Made by a program: the position numbers and the translations under genes
Shown: positions 46,699-56,611 of the stretch, piece by piece
Numbering within the stretch: position 1 is the stretch's first letter
How the letters are laid out: each line of letters starts with the position of its first letter
Source: an uncultured virus (IMG/VR IMGVR_UViG_3300040811_000464)
Lineage: Duplodnaviria; Heunggongvirae; Uroviricota; Caudoviricetes
IMG/VR virus record: IMGVR_UViG_3300040811_000464
Strand: one strand, 5' to 3'
Length of the DNA stretch: 64,000 nt
Notes under the pieces: model-generated
What the model was told of the DNA's origin: nothing
What the model saw: the letters and a program-made list of their open reading frames with translations, nothing else
Database searches by the model: none

Positions 46699-47130
46699 TT
46701 ATTCTACGTCATTCAAAGGATTTTCTAAGATCGTTTGAATTCTTTCTTCTAACTCTTTTCTCATCTCACGCATTTCTTTGTCTTGCTCTTTGAAACGTTC
46801 TTGCATCTCACGTTCCATCTCATAGACATCATCACGCACTTCACGTTGAGTCTTAGCAGTTTCACTTTCAACTCTACGTGCTAAACGAGCGGCTTCTGTG
46901 ATTTCTCCTTGCAGATTATCTTTGATAACTTCTGTAAGTTCAGTTAATCTAATAATTTCTAGTTCGATTGTTTCTGGTTGTAATGCTTCTAGTTTTTCTT
47001 CTGCTTCAAGCAGTCTATTGTAGAGTTCAAACCCTCCCCACAAACCACCAATTAATGTTCCTAGTAAGGGTAAAATGAATAGCAGTTTGCTACCACTCAT
47101 CTTTATGCCTTCATATTCTACACTTGCCAT
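46699..47130 (-). CDS. Membrane-anchored coiled-coil protein
   Basis: N-terminal TM LLFILPLLGTLIGGLWGG, then a heptad-rich helix; AGGAG SD. Confidence 0.7.
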   Translation of the reverse strand: MASVEYEGIKMSGSKLLFILPLLGTLIGGLWGGFELYNRLLEAEEKLEALQPETIELEIIRLTELTEVIKDNLQGEITEAARLARRVESETAKTQREVRDDVYEMEREMQERFKEQDKEMREMRKELEERIQTILENPLNDVE

Positions 47131-47139
47131 AATATGCTC

Positions 47140-47553
47140 CTATTGTTTACTGCTAAATGCTTTTCCTGCCTCAGCAATACCAAATGATCCTAGTGTTACA
47201 ACAACAAAAGACGTATAGATAAAGTCTGATATAACTAAATCAGTGCCGTCTAATCCTGTCACTAAGTCTACGATACCAAACGCAACCATCATAAAGAACG
47301 ATAAAAAGCCAATGATTGATTTCTCATTGATTTTGTTGTCGTCCATAAATAGATGACCAAGTCTGAATTTTTCTTTTGGTTTCACTTCATGGGAAACTTT
47401 TCTTAAGTCCTGAGTTAATGCTTCCATCTCTCTGATTTTGTCATTAGCCTCGTCTAGTTTTAGAAGTAGATCAGTATATTTGTCTAAATCCATTTTGTTG
47501 ATAACGTTTTTATCATAATCGTCATCGGTTACATGTTCGATGTTGTCACTCAT
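47140..47553 (-). CDS. Coiled-coil plus 2-TM membrane protein
   Basis: C-terminal hydrophobic helices. Confidence 0.65.
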   Translation of the reverse strand: MSDNIEHVTDDDYDKNVINKMDLDKYTDLLLKLDEANDKIREMEALTQDLRKVSHEVKPKEKFRLGHLFMDDNKINEKSIIGFLSFFMMVAFGIVDLVTGLDGTDLVISDFIYTSFVVVTLGSFGIAEAGKAFSSKQ

Positions 47554-50549
47554 TTCTTTTCTCCTGTGTCTTCATCTGGGTTAATTCCATATTGCATAAG
47601 AACCATCTTATACAACTTTTCTTGTGTATTGCCAGCCATACGATAGAATCCCATTTTGTTGTCATCTATCTTACCGTCTGGCATTTGTTTATTGTCGTAC
47701 CATTGATTTTTATTATTAGCATAAACTTGTGCACCTGTATATGCACTAAAGCCTGCTGTATAACCTATATAAGCAACAGCAACAGTTTGGTCTGCATATC
47801 CGCCGTCTTCAGTTGGTCCGCCTTCTTGTATATTCTGTAGTTGGGCTTCTAAGTTTGCTTGTGCAACTGTAGCACCAACACTGTCTGCTAAACTCTCAAC
47901 TGCTTGGGTAGTACGTTGTTCTTGGACAGAGTTCTGTACTTCAAAACGTTGAAAGTTTGGTGCTTGTTGACTTAAAAATTCAGTCAATCCTGTACCAGTT
48001 GACAATGCTTCAGTTAAACTATCTTCAAACTGTACGTCAGTACTGCTAATTCCACCAGTACCGTCATCAAAGTTTTCTACAAATAACTGTTCTTCTTGCA
48101 TCATCTCTTGCTGTTGTTCAGCAACTTCAAAAGCAGAAGTCTGTACAACGTCTACAGACGTACTAGAGACATCAATGGCAGTATCTACTTGACCAGTTAC
48201 TTGTTCAAATTGTTGTTGACTAGAATCATCTGCAACCACTCCAGTTGAATCACTACTAGATGAACTAGCCACTGATTGTGAGCCAGTGTTATTAAAACTA
48301 CTGCCGTCTTGACCTGCGAAACTTTGTGATGCACCTGAATCAACTTGCACTGACGCAGAGGCTCCACCGTCACTAATTACATCTTCAATAACGTTGGCAG
48401 TTTGTGCATCATCTGAGACTGCGGAAGCAATCTGTGCAATAGCAACACTTTGATATGCTGGTCTTGACTTAGAAGACGAACCAGAACTTGAAACAGCCTG
48501 TTCTGCTTCTTTCTCTACACGAACTTCTTCTTGTGCTATTTCTTCACGGACTTCTTCTTGTTCTTCTTGTGCTTCTACAATTAATTCTTGTTTCTCAATC
48601 ACTTCTTCTTTTCTTATTTCTTCAGGAGATTCTTCAGCAGTTAATTCTTCTAACTCTGCTTCACTGATTAATTCTTCAAATGCCTCATCAGATTCTACAA
48701 AGATTTCTTCTTCAGTGTAATCAGGCATTAACTCATCGTCTTGTGCTATCCAAACTTCTTCTTCAGGAGCACCTTCTACAAATGTGTCCCAATTGATTTG
48801 ACCTTCTTCATCAAATTCTATGTTTTCATGCCACTGATCAACTTCTTCTTGTCCATATGTTGCAACATCATGTTCATACCAATCTTGGTCTGTGAACGAA
48901 TAAAACTCTTCTCCGTATGTTTCAACCATACCCACTAATTGTTCTGTTGCTTCTTGTTGAAATTCTTCAGTTGCCCAAACATCAGCAGTAAGCATATCAA
49001 TGTTACCATTAGGATCCCATTCAAGTGATTGTTGTTGCATTGCTGTATCATGTAATTGAGTATCGTAGTTTTCTAACCCACCTACTACGTTTAACACATA
49101 GTCACCTGGTCTATGTCCATTGAACTGTACTGCTATTGGATCTTCTCCTAATGCGGCTATGTGTTCTTGCCCCAGTGTTACAAACATAGCATCTTGCGGG
49201 GAAAGTCCTTGATCAACTAACATTTGTTGTTCTGTATTCAAGTCATCATATGAAATGTTAGGATCAAGTCTAGGGTCATAGTTGCCATTTACCATCCAAG
49301 GTTCATCACCCATGTCTTGGTTGACACCTCCGTCATCATAGGCATAGCCATCATCATATGTAGATCCGTCTGTGTTGTATTGCTCTCCAGTATTAGGATC
49401 AGTAACTAATCCTGTAGTTGGATCGTAACCTGTTGAACCAGTCATAGCAAGTGCTTGATCATACCCAGGGCAACTTGAATCATACAATGGATCAATAGTA
49501 CACATCAATCCTTTATCTGGTTCCTGATCTTCATAAAACTCACATCCACTATCATATTGTGAATCTAAATTACATTGATACTCTAAGTATGCTAGATCAT
49601 ATAATAAACAATCTGTTGAATATAAAGGGTTGCTTTCACATTGTATTGGTTCACCGTCTGCATCTGAATATAGTATACCGCCTCCGTTTTCTAAGTATCC
49701 ATCATCCATATCATCAAAAGTATTGTCAACACTGCCATCACCTAAGTTATCTGCGCCGTCATCATAAAATAGATATTGAGTATAATTTTGCGGGTCTTTT
49801 TGTTCTCCAATCAAAACATCATGGTCTTTGATATCTAATTCTGCGTAAACAAATCCATAATTGTCAGGTTTGTTTACTTCCGCTCTTTCATCATCTGTAC
49901 ATAATTTACTAGTCTGAGTAGTACATTTGTTTATAGAGTCATTATAGTCAAATAGATATATTTCAAAACTGTTACTAGAGGCTGTTAAGTTATTATGATA
50001 TCCAAACTCTGCCATGTAATACCAACCAAAAATAACATAGTCATCAAATGCTTTAAACATCATTGCACTATCTTTTGTTCCGGTGTATTCCATATCAGCA
50101 TAGATGAAATCAGAATAGAAAGGAAAAAGTGTATTAGTTGCATTTGAAGTATAACCGCCTGTTCCACTCCCTAATTGATTAGGTGTGTAGTCAGAACAGT
50201 AATCATTGTCACTGAAAGAACTTGATGTTAATAATTTAAGACAACCGTTCGTACTCATTAATCCATAATTAAATGATTCATTGTGCCACTCCCATGAAAA
50301 GCCAAATCCTCCGGCCACATGACAGCCGCCGTCATCAGAAAAGTTATCACATTTAGTTACACCATTATTAGTATCATCATCTGCAAAGTAAAGATCATAT
50401 AGATTATAAAGACCACCGTAATCTCCAGTCACTGAGTAAATGGTATTGGTGCCGTCAGCATTCGACTCATTATAGTTAGGAGGAGTGTACTGTGCTACCG
50501 CAAACATGGGTAGCATCAATAGTAATGGTATTATTTTGAATTGTGCCAT
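47550..50549 (-). CDS. Large secreted acidic protein with Cys repeats
   Basis: Signal peptide (..FAVA/Q); three C...(P/Q)(L)Y...C repeats; E/S-rich linker. Confidence 0.7.
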   Translation of the reverse strand: MAQFKIIPLLLMLPMFAVAQYTPPNYNESNADGTNTIYSVTGDYGGLYNLYDLYFADDDTNNGVTKCDNFSDDGGCHVAGGFGFSWEWHNESFNYGLMSTNGCLKLLTSSSFSDNDYCSDYTPNQLGSGTGGYTSNATNTLFPFYSDFIYADMEYTGTKDSAMMFKAFDDYVIFGWYYMAEFGYHNNLTASSNSFEIYLFDYNDSINKCTTQTSKLCTDDERAEVNKPDNYGFVYAELDIKDHDVLIGEQKDPQNYTQYLFYDDGADNLGDGSVDNTFDDMDDGYLENGGGILYSDADGEPIQCESNPLYSTDCLLYDLAYLEYQCNLDSQYDSGCEFYEDQEPDKGLMCTIDPLYDSSCPGYDQALAMTGSTGYDPTTGLVTDPNTGEQYNTDGSTYDDGYAYDDGGVNQDMGDEPWMVNGNYDPRLDPNISYDDLNTEQQMLVDQGLSPQDAMFVTLGQEHIAALGEDPIAVQFNGHRPGDYVLNVVGGLENYDTQLHDTAMQQQSLEWDPNGNIDMLTADVWATEEFQQEATEQLVGMVETYGEEFYSFTDQDWYEHDVATYGQEEVDQWHENIEFDEEGQINWDTFVEGAPEEEVWIAQDDELMPDYTEEEIFVESDEAFEELISEAELEELTAEESPEEIRKEEVIEKQELIVEAQEEQEEVREEIAQEEVRVEKEAEQAVSSSGSSSKSRPAYQSVAIAQIASAVSDDAQTANVIEDVISDGGASASVQVDSGASQSFAGQDGSSFNNTGSQSVASSSSSDSTGVVADDSSQQQFEQVTGQVDTAIDVSSTSVDVVQTSAFEVAEQQQEMMQEEQLFVENFDDGTGGISSTDVQFEDSLTEALSTGTGLTEFLSQQAPNFQRFEVQNSVQEQRTTQAVESLADSVGATVAQANLEAQLQNIQEGGPTEDGGYADQTVAVAYIGYTAGFSAYTGAQVYANNKNQWYDNKQMPDGKIDDNKMGFYRMAGNTQEKLYKMVLMQYGINPDEDTGEKK

Positions 50550-51877
50550 TCTCTTTCACAAGTCCTACTAGATTTACGTCTTCCTTTAAAGTCAGGTCTA
50601 GTACATTTTTCGATGAAAGCGGCTTGATCAGCAGTCACATTAGAAATATTATCTTCTTCTATTTCATTATTGTTCGTAAATAAACCTAAAAACTTGTCTT
50701 TAGTAGTTGCACTTGAGTCAGGTCTTCTTTCTTCATTTTCTTCCCACTGCTCAGAAGCGGCTGGACCAATAGCACCCATATATGGACAAGGTGTACCTGC
50801 CATCTCCATTGCTCTAAACACTCTAGGATCCTGACACATTAATGATACTGCGGCTACTTTCATACCCATATCATATATTGTTTTAGATAGTTTGATCCTT
50901 TCACAGTTCATATCCCTAACAGACTTACCACCTGATATACCAAATACTTGCCCCTGAAACGCACCAGACACACCAGTTGTACATAAATCTTGCGAATAAC
51001 TTGACCCTATGCTTGGTGCAATTGCACTAGCAGGTGGTGCCTTTGTAGTGATCTCTTGTTTGATAGTTTGATCAGTTTTGTTTATGTTGGTGTTGTTATT
51101 GGTATTAGTGTTCTCATTTTTGTTTTCAGACTTGTTGTTAGTCGTTACAGTAGAGTCACTTGTACTAGTCGAAGTGTTATTATTGTTATTGGTATTATTA
51201 CTGGTCGTGTTATTGTTATTCGTGTTAGTATTGTTTGAAGTACTATTAGAATTTACATTTTGGTCAATAGTAGAATTGTTGTTATTCGTATTGGTGTTAT
51301 TCGAGGTACTGTTTATCGTTGTATTGTTGGTGTTATTATTGGTATTGGTGTTGTTACTTGTGGTATTGTTAGTATTGGTGTTTACATTCGTGTTAGTATT
51401 ATTACTGGTCGTATTATTGGTGTTTACATTCGTGTTAGTATTATTACTGGTCGTATTATTGGTGTTAGTATTGGTGTTAGTATTGGTATTATTGTTGGTG
51501 TTCGTATTGGTCGAAGTACTAGTGTTATTATTAGTATTGGTATTATTGTTGGTATTCGTATTAGTCGAAGTACTGGTGTTGGTATTGGTGTTATTATTGG
51601 TGTTATTATTGGTGTTCGTGTTGGTATTGGTATTAGTATTAGTATTGGTGTTATTGTTCGTACTAGTGTTAGTACTAGTGTTAGTATTGGTGTTGGTATT
51701 TGTATTAGTCGAAGTATTGGTATTGGTATTAGTATTTGTGGTAGTACTAGTTGAAGTACTAGCCTCACAATACTGAGTACCGGCTGTACAAGTTCCAGTA
51801 GCCTGTGCAAAAATATTTGGGCTGGCAACCCCAACACTAAATAAAATTAGTGCGATTTTCAATTGTTTCATATGCAT
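50531..51877 (-). CDS. Secreted Asn/Thr low-complexity protein with Cys-containing C-domain
   Basis: Signal peptide; long NT/NNT tract; PPASAIAP...DLC...CERIKLSK...LMC...PCP domain; ATG 51877 after AAGGGA. Confidence 0.75.
   Translation of the reverse strand: MHMKQLKIALILFSVGVASPNIFAQATGTCTAGTQYCEASTSTSTTTNTNTNTNTSTNTNTNTNTNTSTNTSTNNNTNTNTNTNTNTNTNNNTNNNTNTNTSTSTNTNTNNNTNTNNNTSTSTNTNTNNNTNTNTNTNTNNTTSNNTNTNVNTNNTTSNNTNTNVNTNTNNTTSNNTNTNNNTNNTTINSTSNNTNTNNNNSTIDQNVNSNSTSNNTNTNNNNTTSNNTNNNNNTSTSTSDSTVTTNNKSENKNENTNTNNNTNINKTDQTIKQEITTKAPPASAIAPSIGSSYSQDLCTTGVSGAFQGQVFGISGGKSVRDMNCERIKLSKTIYDMGMKVAAVSLMCQDPRVFRAMEMAGTPCPYMGAIGPAASEQWEENEERRPDSSATTKDKFLGLFTNNNEIEEDNISNVTADQAAFIEKCTRPDFKGRRKSSRTCEREWHNSK
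51090..51760 (-). repeat. Low-complexity Asn/Thr codon repeat
   Basis: Runs of AAY/ACN codons, including a duplicated unit encoding NTTSNNTNTNVNTN. Confidence 0.9.
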
Positions 51878-52039
51878 GGTATGTGATTCCCTTAATCGTA
51901 AGTTAGTTCGCACTAGTATTTATGATTCTGGGTCAGAAATTTCATATATAGCACATGATACAGAGATTGTTGTTACTCAGGTCCCTAAACTTGGAGATCG
52001 CACTTTTTATAAGTTTTTTATAAATGGGTAAATCAGGCA

Positions 52040-52077
52040 TAAATACTTATTGACATAGGAAGATATTAGTGTATAAT
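52040..52077 (+). promoter_or_regulatory. Tandem late (TAAATA) and sigma70 (TTGACA-N16-TATAAT) promoters for gp32
   Basis: TAAATA 52040-45, TTGACA 52050-55, TATAAT 52072-77. Confidence 0.7.
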
Positions 52078-52181
52078 AGATTCATGTGTCATGTTTTTAA
52101 CAAAACTAAACTAGTAAGACTTCGGTCTTGCGACAACACATATAAAACTAAACTTAGGCATACATTAAAGGAGAAAACATT

Positions 52182-53177
52182 ATGGCCAGTCTAGCAGACA
52201 TCCGTGCCCGTCTCGCGGCACAAGAAAATAAATCATCTGGATCTAAGTATCCAACATCTGATGGAGCGATCTATCCACATTGGAAAATGGACGAAGGAGC
52301 ATCTTGCTCACTGCGTTTCTTACCCGATGCGGATACTAACAATTCGTTCTTTTGGATTGAGAGACAAGTTATTAAACTTCCGTTTAATGGCGTGAAAGGT
52401 GATCCTAATGTGAGACAAGTAACAGTACAAGTACCGTGCGTAGAAATGTTCGGTGAGAATTGTCCTGTGTTAGCAGAAGTTCGTCCTTGGTACAAAGACG
52501 AAACTCTTAAAGAAATGGCAAACAAATACTGGAAGAAAAGATCATATATCTTCCAAGGTTTTGTTCGTCAAAATCCAATTGGGGAAGACAGTACCCCTGC
52601 GAATCCTATTCGTAGATTTGTTATTTCACCTCAAATCTTTCAGACTATCAAAAGTTCATTGATGGATCCTGAGATTGAAGAATTGCCAACTGATATGATG
52701 CGTGGTCTTGATTTTAATATCAGAAAGACTACAAAAGGTCAGTATGCCGATTATTCAACATCGTCATGGTCTAGGAAAGAATCTGCTCTAACAGATGTAG
52801 AACAAGCGGCTATCGAAGCACATGGTCTATTTAATCTAGCAGACTTCTTACCTAAGAAGCCTTCAGAAGCAGAACTCAGAGTCATTAAAGAAATGTTCGA
52901 GGCATCAGTAGATGGTCGTCCATATGACACTGACAAGTTCGGTGCGTATTATCGTCCTTACGGTATCGATGCACCTGAAACTGCTAACGTAGATGAATCA
53001 ACGTCAAGTGCGCCGGCACCCGCAGTTGAGACACCTGCTCCAGTCGCAGAACCAGTAGTAGAAACTGCACCAGCAGTAGAAACTCCTTCAGCGGCCCCAG
53101 CAGAAAGTTCTGAACCATCAAGTGATAAAGCACAAGACATTCTAGCAATGATCCGTGCAAGACAAAACAATTCTTAA
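52182..53177 (+). CDS. Single-stranded DNA-binding protein (T4 gp32-like)
   Basis: LRFLPD, C...CP, YWKK.SY and ADYSTS motifs; flexible C-tail; directly upstream of uvsX. Confidence 0.85.
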   Translation: MASLADIRARLAAQENKSSGSKYPTSDGAIYPHWKMDEGASCSLRFLPDADTNNSFFWIERQVIKLPFNGVKGDPNVRQVTVQVPCVEMFGENCPVLAEVRPWYKDETLKEMANKYWKKRSYIFQGFVRQNPIGEDSTPANPIRRFVISPQIFQTIKSSLMDPEIEELPTDMMRGLDFNIRKTTKGQYADYSTSSWSRKESALTDVEQAAIEAHGLFNLADFLPKKPSEAELRVIKEMFEASVDGRPYDTDKFGAYYRPYGIDAPETANVDESTSSAPAPAVETPAPVAEPVVETAPAVETPSAAPAESSEPSSDKAQDILAMIRARQNNS

Positions 53178-53186
53178 TTGTTAGTC

Positions 53187-53212
53187 TGGGGGAGGCAACT
53201 CCCCCATATTTT
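53187..53212 (+). terminator. Intrinsic terminator
   Basis: TGGGGGAG-GCAA-CTCCCCCA followed by TATTTT. Confidence 0.75.
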
Positions 53213-53226
53213 GTAGGAGAAAAATA

Positions 53227-53463
53227 ATGACACTACCAGACGAAAGATTTAGAGCCCTTAAACAAGGGAAAAAATTATTAGAAGAACTTTGCGATCCGGG
53301 TAAAACTCCGCGTGTACCAAGTCTTATCAGAGATAGGGCAAGAGCCGCACTAAGACATTACCCTGCTGATTTTGATTTAGATGATATGGCAGAAGCCTGC
53401 CCAGAAATATTGCAAAAAACTTCTAACTCTAGTAGAATTAACAACAAACAATCTAATCAATAG
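53227..53463 (+). CDS. BPSL0761-like hypothetical protein
   Basis: MTLPDER.RA...TPRVP..IR..A...LRHYP pattern. Confidence 0.6.
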   Translation: MTLPDERFRALKQGKKLLEELCDPGKTPRVPSLIRDRARAALRHYPADFDLDDMAEACPEILQKTSNSSRINNKQSNQ

Positions 53464-53471
53464 GAGTAATT

Positions 53472-54551
53472 GTGGCAAAACCATTTGACGTTTCCAAATT
53501 TAGGAAAGACATAACCAAATCCATTGACGGCTTGTCAATAGGATTCAACGATCCAACAGACTGGATCTCAACGGGTTCTTATGCATTGAACTATCTTATC
53601 TCAGGTGATTTTCACAGAGGTGTCCCTTTAGGTAAAGTTACTGTATTTGCAGGAGAATCAGGCGCAGGTAAATCATACTTTGCCGCCGGCAACATTGTAA
53701 AGTCAGCACAAGATCAGGGTATCTTTGTAGTCTTAATTGACTCAGAGAATGCACTTGATGAAACTTGGCTACATGCATTGGGTGTCGATACTTCAGAAGA
53801 AAAACTTTTGAAGTTGAGTATGAGTATGATTGATGATGTAGCAAAAACTATCTCAACTTTTATGAAAGATTACAAAGCAATGGCAGACGAAGAACGCCCT
53901 AAAGTATTATTTGTAATCGACTCATTGGGTATGTTACTGACCCCAACTGATGTTGATCAATTTGACAAAGGTGATATGAAAGGTGACATGGGTCGTAAGC
54001 CTAAGGCATTGACTGCTTTAGTTAGGAACTCAGTTAACATGTTCGGTAGTTATAACGTTGGACTTGTAGCAACTAATCATACATATGCATCACAGGATAT
54101 GTTTGACCCAGACGATAAAATCTCTGGTGGTCAAGGCTTTATCTATGCATCCAGTATTGTTGTTGCTATGAAGAAAATGAAACTAAAAGAAGATGAAGCA
54201 GGGAATAAAATCTCTGATGTCAGAGGTATTCGTGCAGGCTGTAAAGTAATGAAGACTCGTTATGCAAAACCTTTTGAAGGTGTGCAAGTGAAGATTCCTT
54301 ACGAAACAGGTATGAATCCTTACTCTGGTTTAGTTGATTTGTTTGAGAAATCAGGCGTATTGACTAAGCAAGGTAATCGTTTAAAGTATATCACACAATC
54401 TGGCGAAGAAGTTCTCAAGTTTAGAAAGCCTTGGGAAGCAAATGAAGAAGGATGTTTGGATATGCTTATGTCAGAATACTCTGAAGTTAAAAATGCGTTG
54501 GATATTGTAAATAACGAAGAAGAAGACGTATTAGAAACTGTAGAGGAATAG
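53472..54551 (+). CDS. uvsX: RecA-like recombinase UvsX
   Basis: GESGAGKS, IDSENA, VIDSLG and SGG motifs; GTG start with AGGAG SD. Confidence 0.92.
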   Translation: MAKPFDVSKFRKDITKSIDGLSIGFNDPTDWISTGSYALNYLISGDFHRGVPLGKVTVFAGESGAGKSYFAAGNIVKSAQDQGIFVVLIDSENALDETWLHALGVDTSEEKLLKLSMSMIDDVAKTISTFMKDYKAMADEERPKVLFVIDSLGMLLTPTDVDQFDKGDMKGDMGRKPKALTALVRNSVNMFGSYNVGLVATNHTYASQDMFDPDDKISGGQGFIYASSIVVAMKKMKLKEDEAGNKISDVRGIRAGCKVMKTRYAKPFEGVQVKIPYETGMNPYSGLVDLFEKSGVLTKQGNRLKYITQSGEEVLKFRKPWEANEEGCLDMLMSEYSEVKNALDIVNNEEEDVLETVEE

Positions 54552-54554
54552 CAT

Positions 54555-54806
54555 ATGAATTTAAATGATTTGGCCAGAGTTTGGGAAGTCATCAAACCTT
54601 CGATTGAAGATGGTGACATACACGAAGCGGCTGACGTACTAGTCAATCATTTAATCGATGAAGGTATGACTGCACAAGAAATAAAGAAAGCCTTCAAAGA
54701 TGATAAAAAAATCAAGGAAGCATTGTCTTATTTTTCAGAAGACGAAGATGAAATTTGGGAAGAAGACGATGAAGACTATGATGAAGATATTGATGAGTGG
54801 GACTAG
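54555..54806 (+). CDS. Hypothetical protein with acidic tail
   Basis: 83 aa between uvsX and uvsY. Confidence 0.7.
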   Translation: MNLNDLARVWEVIKPSIEDGDIHEAADVLVNHLIDEGMTAQEIKKAFKDDKKIKEALSYFSEDEDEIWEEDDEDYDEDIDEWD

Positions 54807-54815
54807 GAGTATTAA

Positions 54816-55274
54816 TTGAATTGGTATACACGTATTAGCCATGATTTGTCAGTAATACCTGACTTTGTGGCTCACTACGAAAACGAACTGATATCTTGTA
54901 AAAAGGATTGTCTTGTTACTGGATACGTTGAAAAACATATATCAGCATTACCGGGCATAACTGAACATCGTTTCAATCAATTACAAGAGATTGAAGCGGT
55001 GCTCAACCTTCTTAATATCAAACTACGTAAAATTCGCAGAACTCATTTTCAAAAATACTTAGAGAAATATCAACGAGCCTTAACTTCACGTGATGCTGAA
55101 AAGTATGTAGATGGAGAAGATGAAGTGATAGACTTTGAGTATCTTATCAACGAAGTAGCCCTGCTTAGAAATAAGTATCTGGGCATAATGAAAGGCCTAG
55201 ACGCAAAACAGTGGCAAATGGGGCATATTGTACGTCTCAGAACTGCTGGTATGGAAGATATCCAAGTAGATTAG
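54816..55274 (+). CDS. uvsY: Recombination mediator UvsY-like protein
   Basis: Helical protein with Y.R.L...D.EKYVDG and KQWQ....V.LR.AG patterns; synteny with uvsX. Confidence 0.7.
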   Translation: MNWYTRISHDLSVIPDFVAHYENELISCKKDCLVTGYVEKHISALPGITEHRFNQLQEIEAVLNLLNIKLRKIRRTHFQKYLEKYQRALTSRDAEKYVDGEDEVIDFEYLINEVALLRNKYLGIMKGLDAKQWQMGHIVRLRTAGMEDIQVD

Positions 55275-55329
55275 TCGTAAGTTATTGATTTTACTAGGCG
55301 AAATAATGGTAAAATAATGGTAAAAAGGC

Positions 55330-55446
55330 TTGACATTTGGTACCTTTTTCCGTATAATAGATAGTATGAAAAGTCAAAAAGCAAACAAAAAAATCTTAAA
55401 AAAGTTTTCCCAAAGGCTTGACATTGCTACCCGAAGGTAGTATAAT
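55330..55446 (+). promoter_or_regulatory. Two tandem sigma70-type early promoters
   Basis: TTGACA-N17-TATAAT at 55330-55358 and at 55418-55446. Confidence 0.85.
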
Positions 55447-55482
55447 TATTGTATAACTTAAACTGACACATTGGAGTTACAT

Positions 55483-56520
55483 ATGACACAGACTATCACA
55501 GTAAAGTACGGAGAGTACAGAAATCAAGCAATCGTTAATCAACAATTTGAGTTGGTTAAGGGTTACGCAGAAGGCAAACGAGGTGGATTTATTACTGTCA
55601 AAAATGACGGTAAGTTTCCTCAAGTTCAAATTGCTAATGTTAAAATCAAAGTTAATAACATTAACGACATCACATGGGGAACTGAGAAACCAATTATGGC
55701 AGATCAATCACTTAATGTTGAGCCTGAAGTAGTCGAAACTGATGAAGAGGCTATGGACAGAATCAAAACTAGATTCAACATACTTGACGATATGGCTAAG
55801 GCTACTATCGCAGGCGACATTAGAGCAATGATAGTGTCAGGCCCCCCAGGTGTAGGTAAGTCTTATGGTGTTGAGCAACAAATGGAGAAGGCTTCATTGT
55901 TCGATCAACTGACTAACAGCAGAACTAGGTACGAAGTTGTCAAAGGTGCAATGACTGCTCTAGGTCTTTACGCAGTTCTTTACAAGTATTCTGATGCTAA
56001 AAATGTTTTAGTGTTTGATGACTGTGACTCTGTTTTTCAGGACGATCTTGCTCTTAACATTCTTAAGGCAGCCCTTGACTCAGGTAAAAGCAGAAGGATT
56101 TGCTGGAACTCTGATTCTAGTCTTCTTAACAGAGAAGGTATTCCAAACTCTTTTGAGTTCAAAGGTTCATGTATCTTTATTACTAACTTGAAGTTTGAAC
56201 ACTTGAAGTCTAAGAAGTTGCAGGATCACTTAGAAGCCCTTCAGTCAAGGTGTCATTTCTTGGATCTAACTATCGATAGTGCTAGAGATAAAATGCTTAG
56301 AATCAAGCAGGTCGATAGAGACAGTGAAGGTGGTCTGTTCAAAGACTATGACTTCAACGATGGTCAAAGTAAAGAAATCTTTGACTTCATGGAAGAGAAT
56401 GCTCACAAACTTAGAGAAATCTCAATGAGAATGGCTCTTAAGATTGCTGACTTATTTAAAGTGACTGGTGTTAACGACTGGAAAGTGTTAGCAGAGTCAA
56501 CTTGCATGAAGATCAGGTAA
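55483..56520 (+). CDS. AAA-family ATPase
   Basis: GPPGVGKS, VFDDCD, FITN and ALQSR motifs; GGAG SD before ATG 55483. Confidence 0.8.
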   Translation: MTQTITVKYGEYRNQAIVNQQFELVKGYAEGKRGGFITVKNDGKFPQVQIANVKIKVNNINDITWGTEKPIMADQSLNVEPEVVETDEEAMDRIKTRFNILDDMAKATIAGDIRAMIVSGPPGVGKSYGVEQQMEKASLFDQLTNSRTRYEVVKGAMTALGLYAVLYKYSDAKNVLVFDDCDSVFQDDLALNILKAALDSGKSRRICWNSDSSLLNREGIPNSFEFKGSCIFITNLKFEHLKSKKLQDHLEALQSRCHFLDLTIDSARDKMLRIKQVDRDSEGGLFKDYDFNDGQSKEIFDFMEENAHKLREISMRMALKIADLFKVTGVNDWKVLAESTCMKIR

Positions 56521-56537
56521 CTCTGTGTCAGGAGTTT

Positions 56538-56563
56538 GGGGCGGCTTAGGTCGCCCCTTTTTT
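56538..56563 (+). terminator. Intrinsic terminator
   Basis: GGGGCGGC-TTAG-GTCGCCCC followed by T6. Confidence 0.8.
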
Positions 56564-56611
56564 ATTACCGTTTTGATAGGTTAATGATACGAAAGGAAGT
56601 ATAATATAAAC

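Noticed and set aside
51090..51760. CRISPR array or noncoding satellite
   Set aside because: No constant repeat with unique spacers; it is in-frame low-complexity coding sequence.
51078..51776. 232-aa Val/Leu-rich 'membrane protein' and other overlapping ORFs
   Set aside because: These are antisense or alternative-frame shadows of the Asn/Thr repeat.
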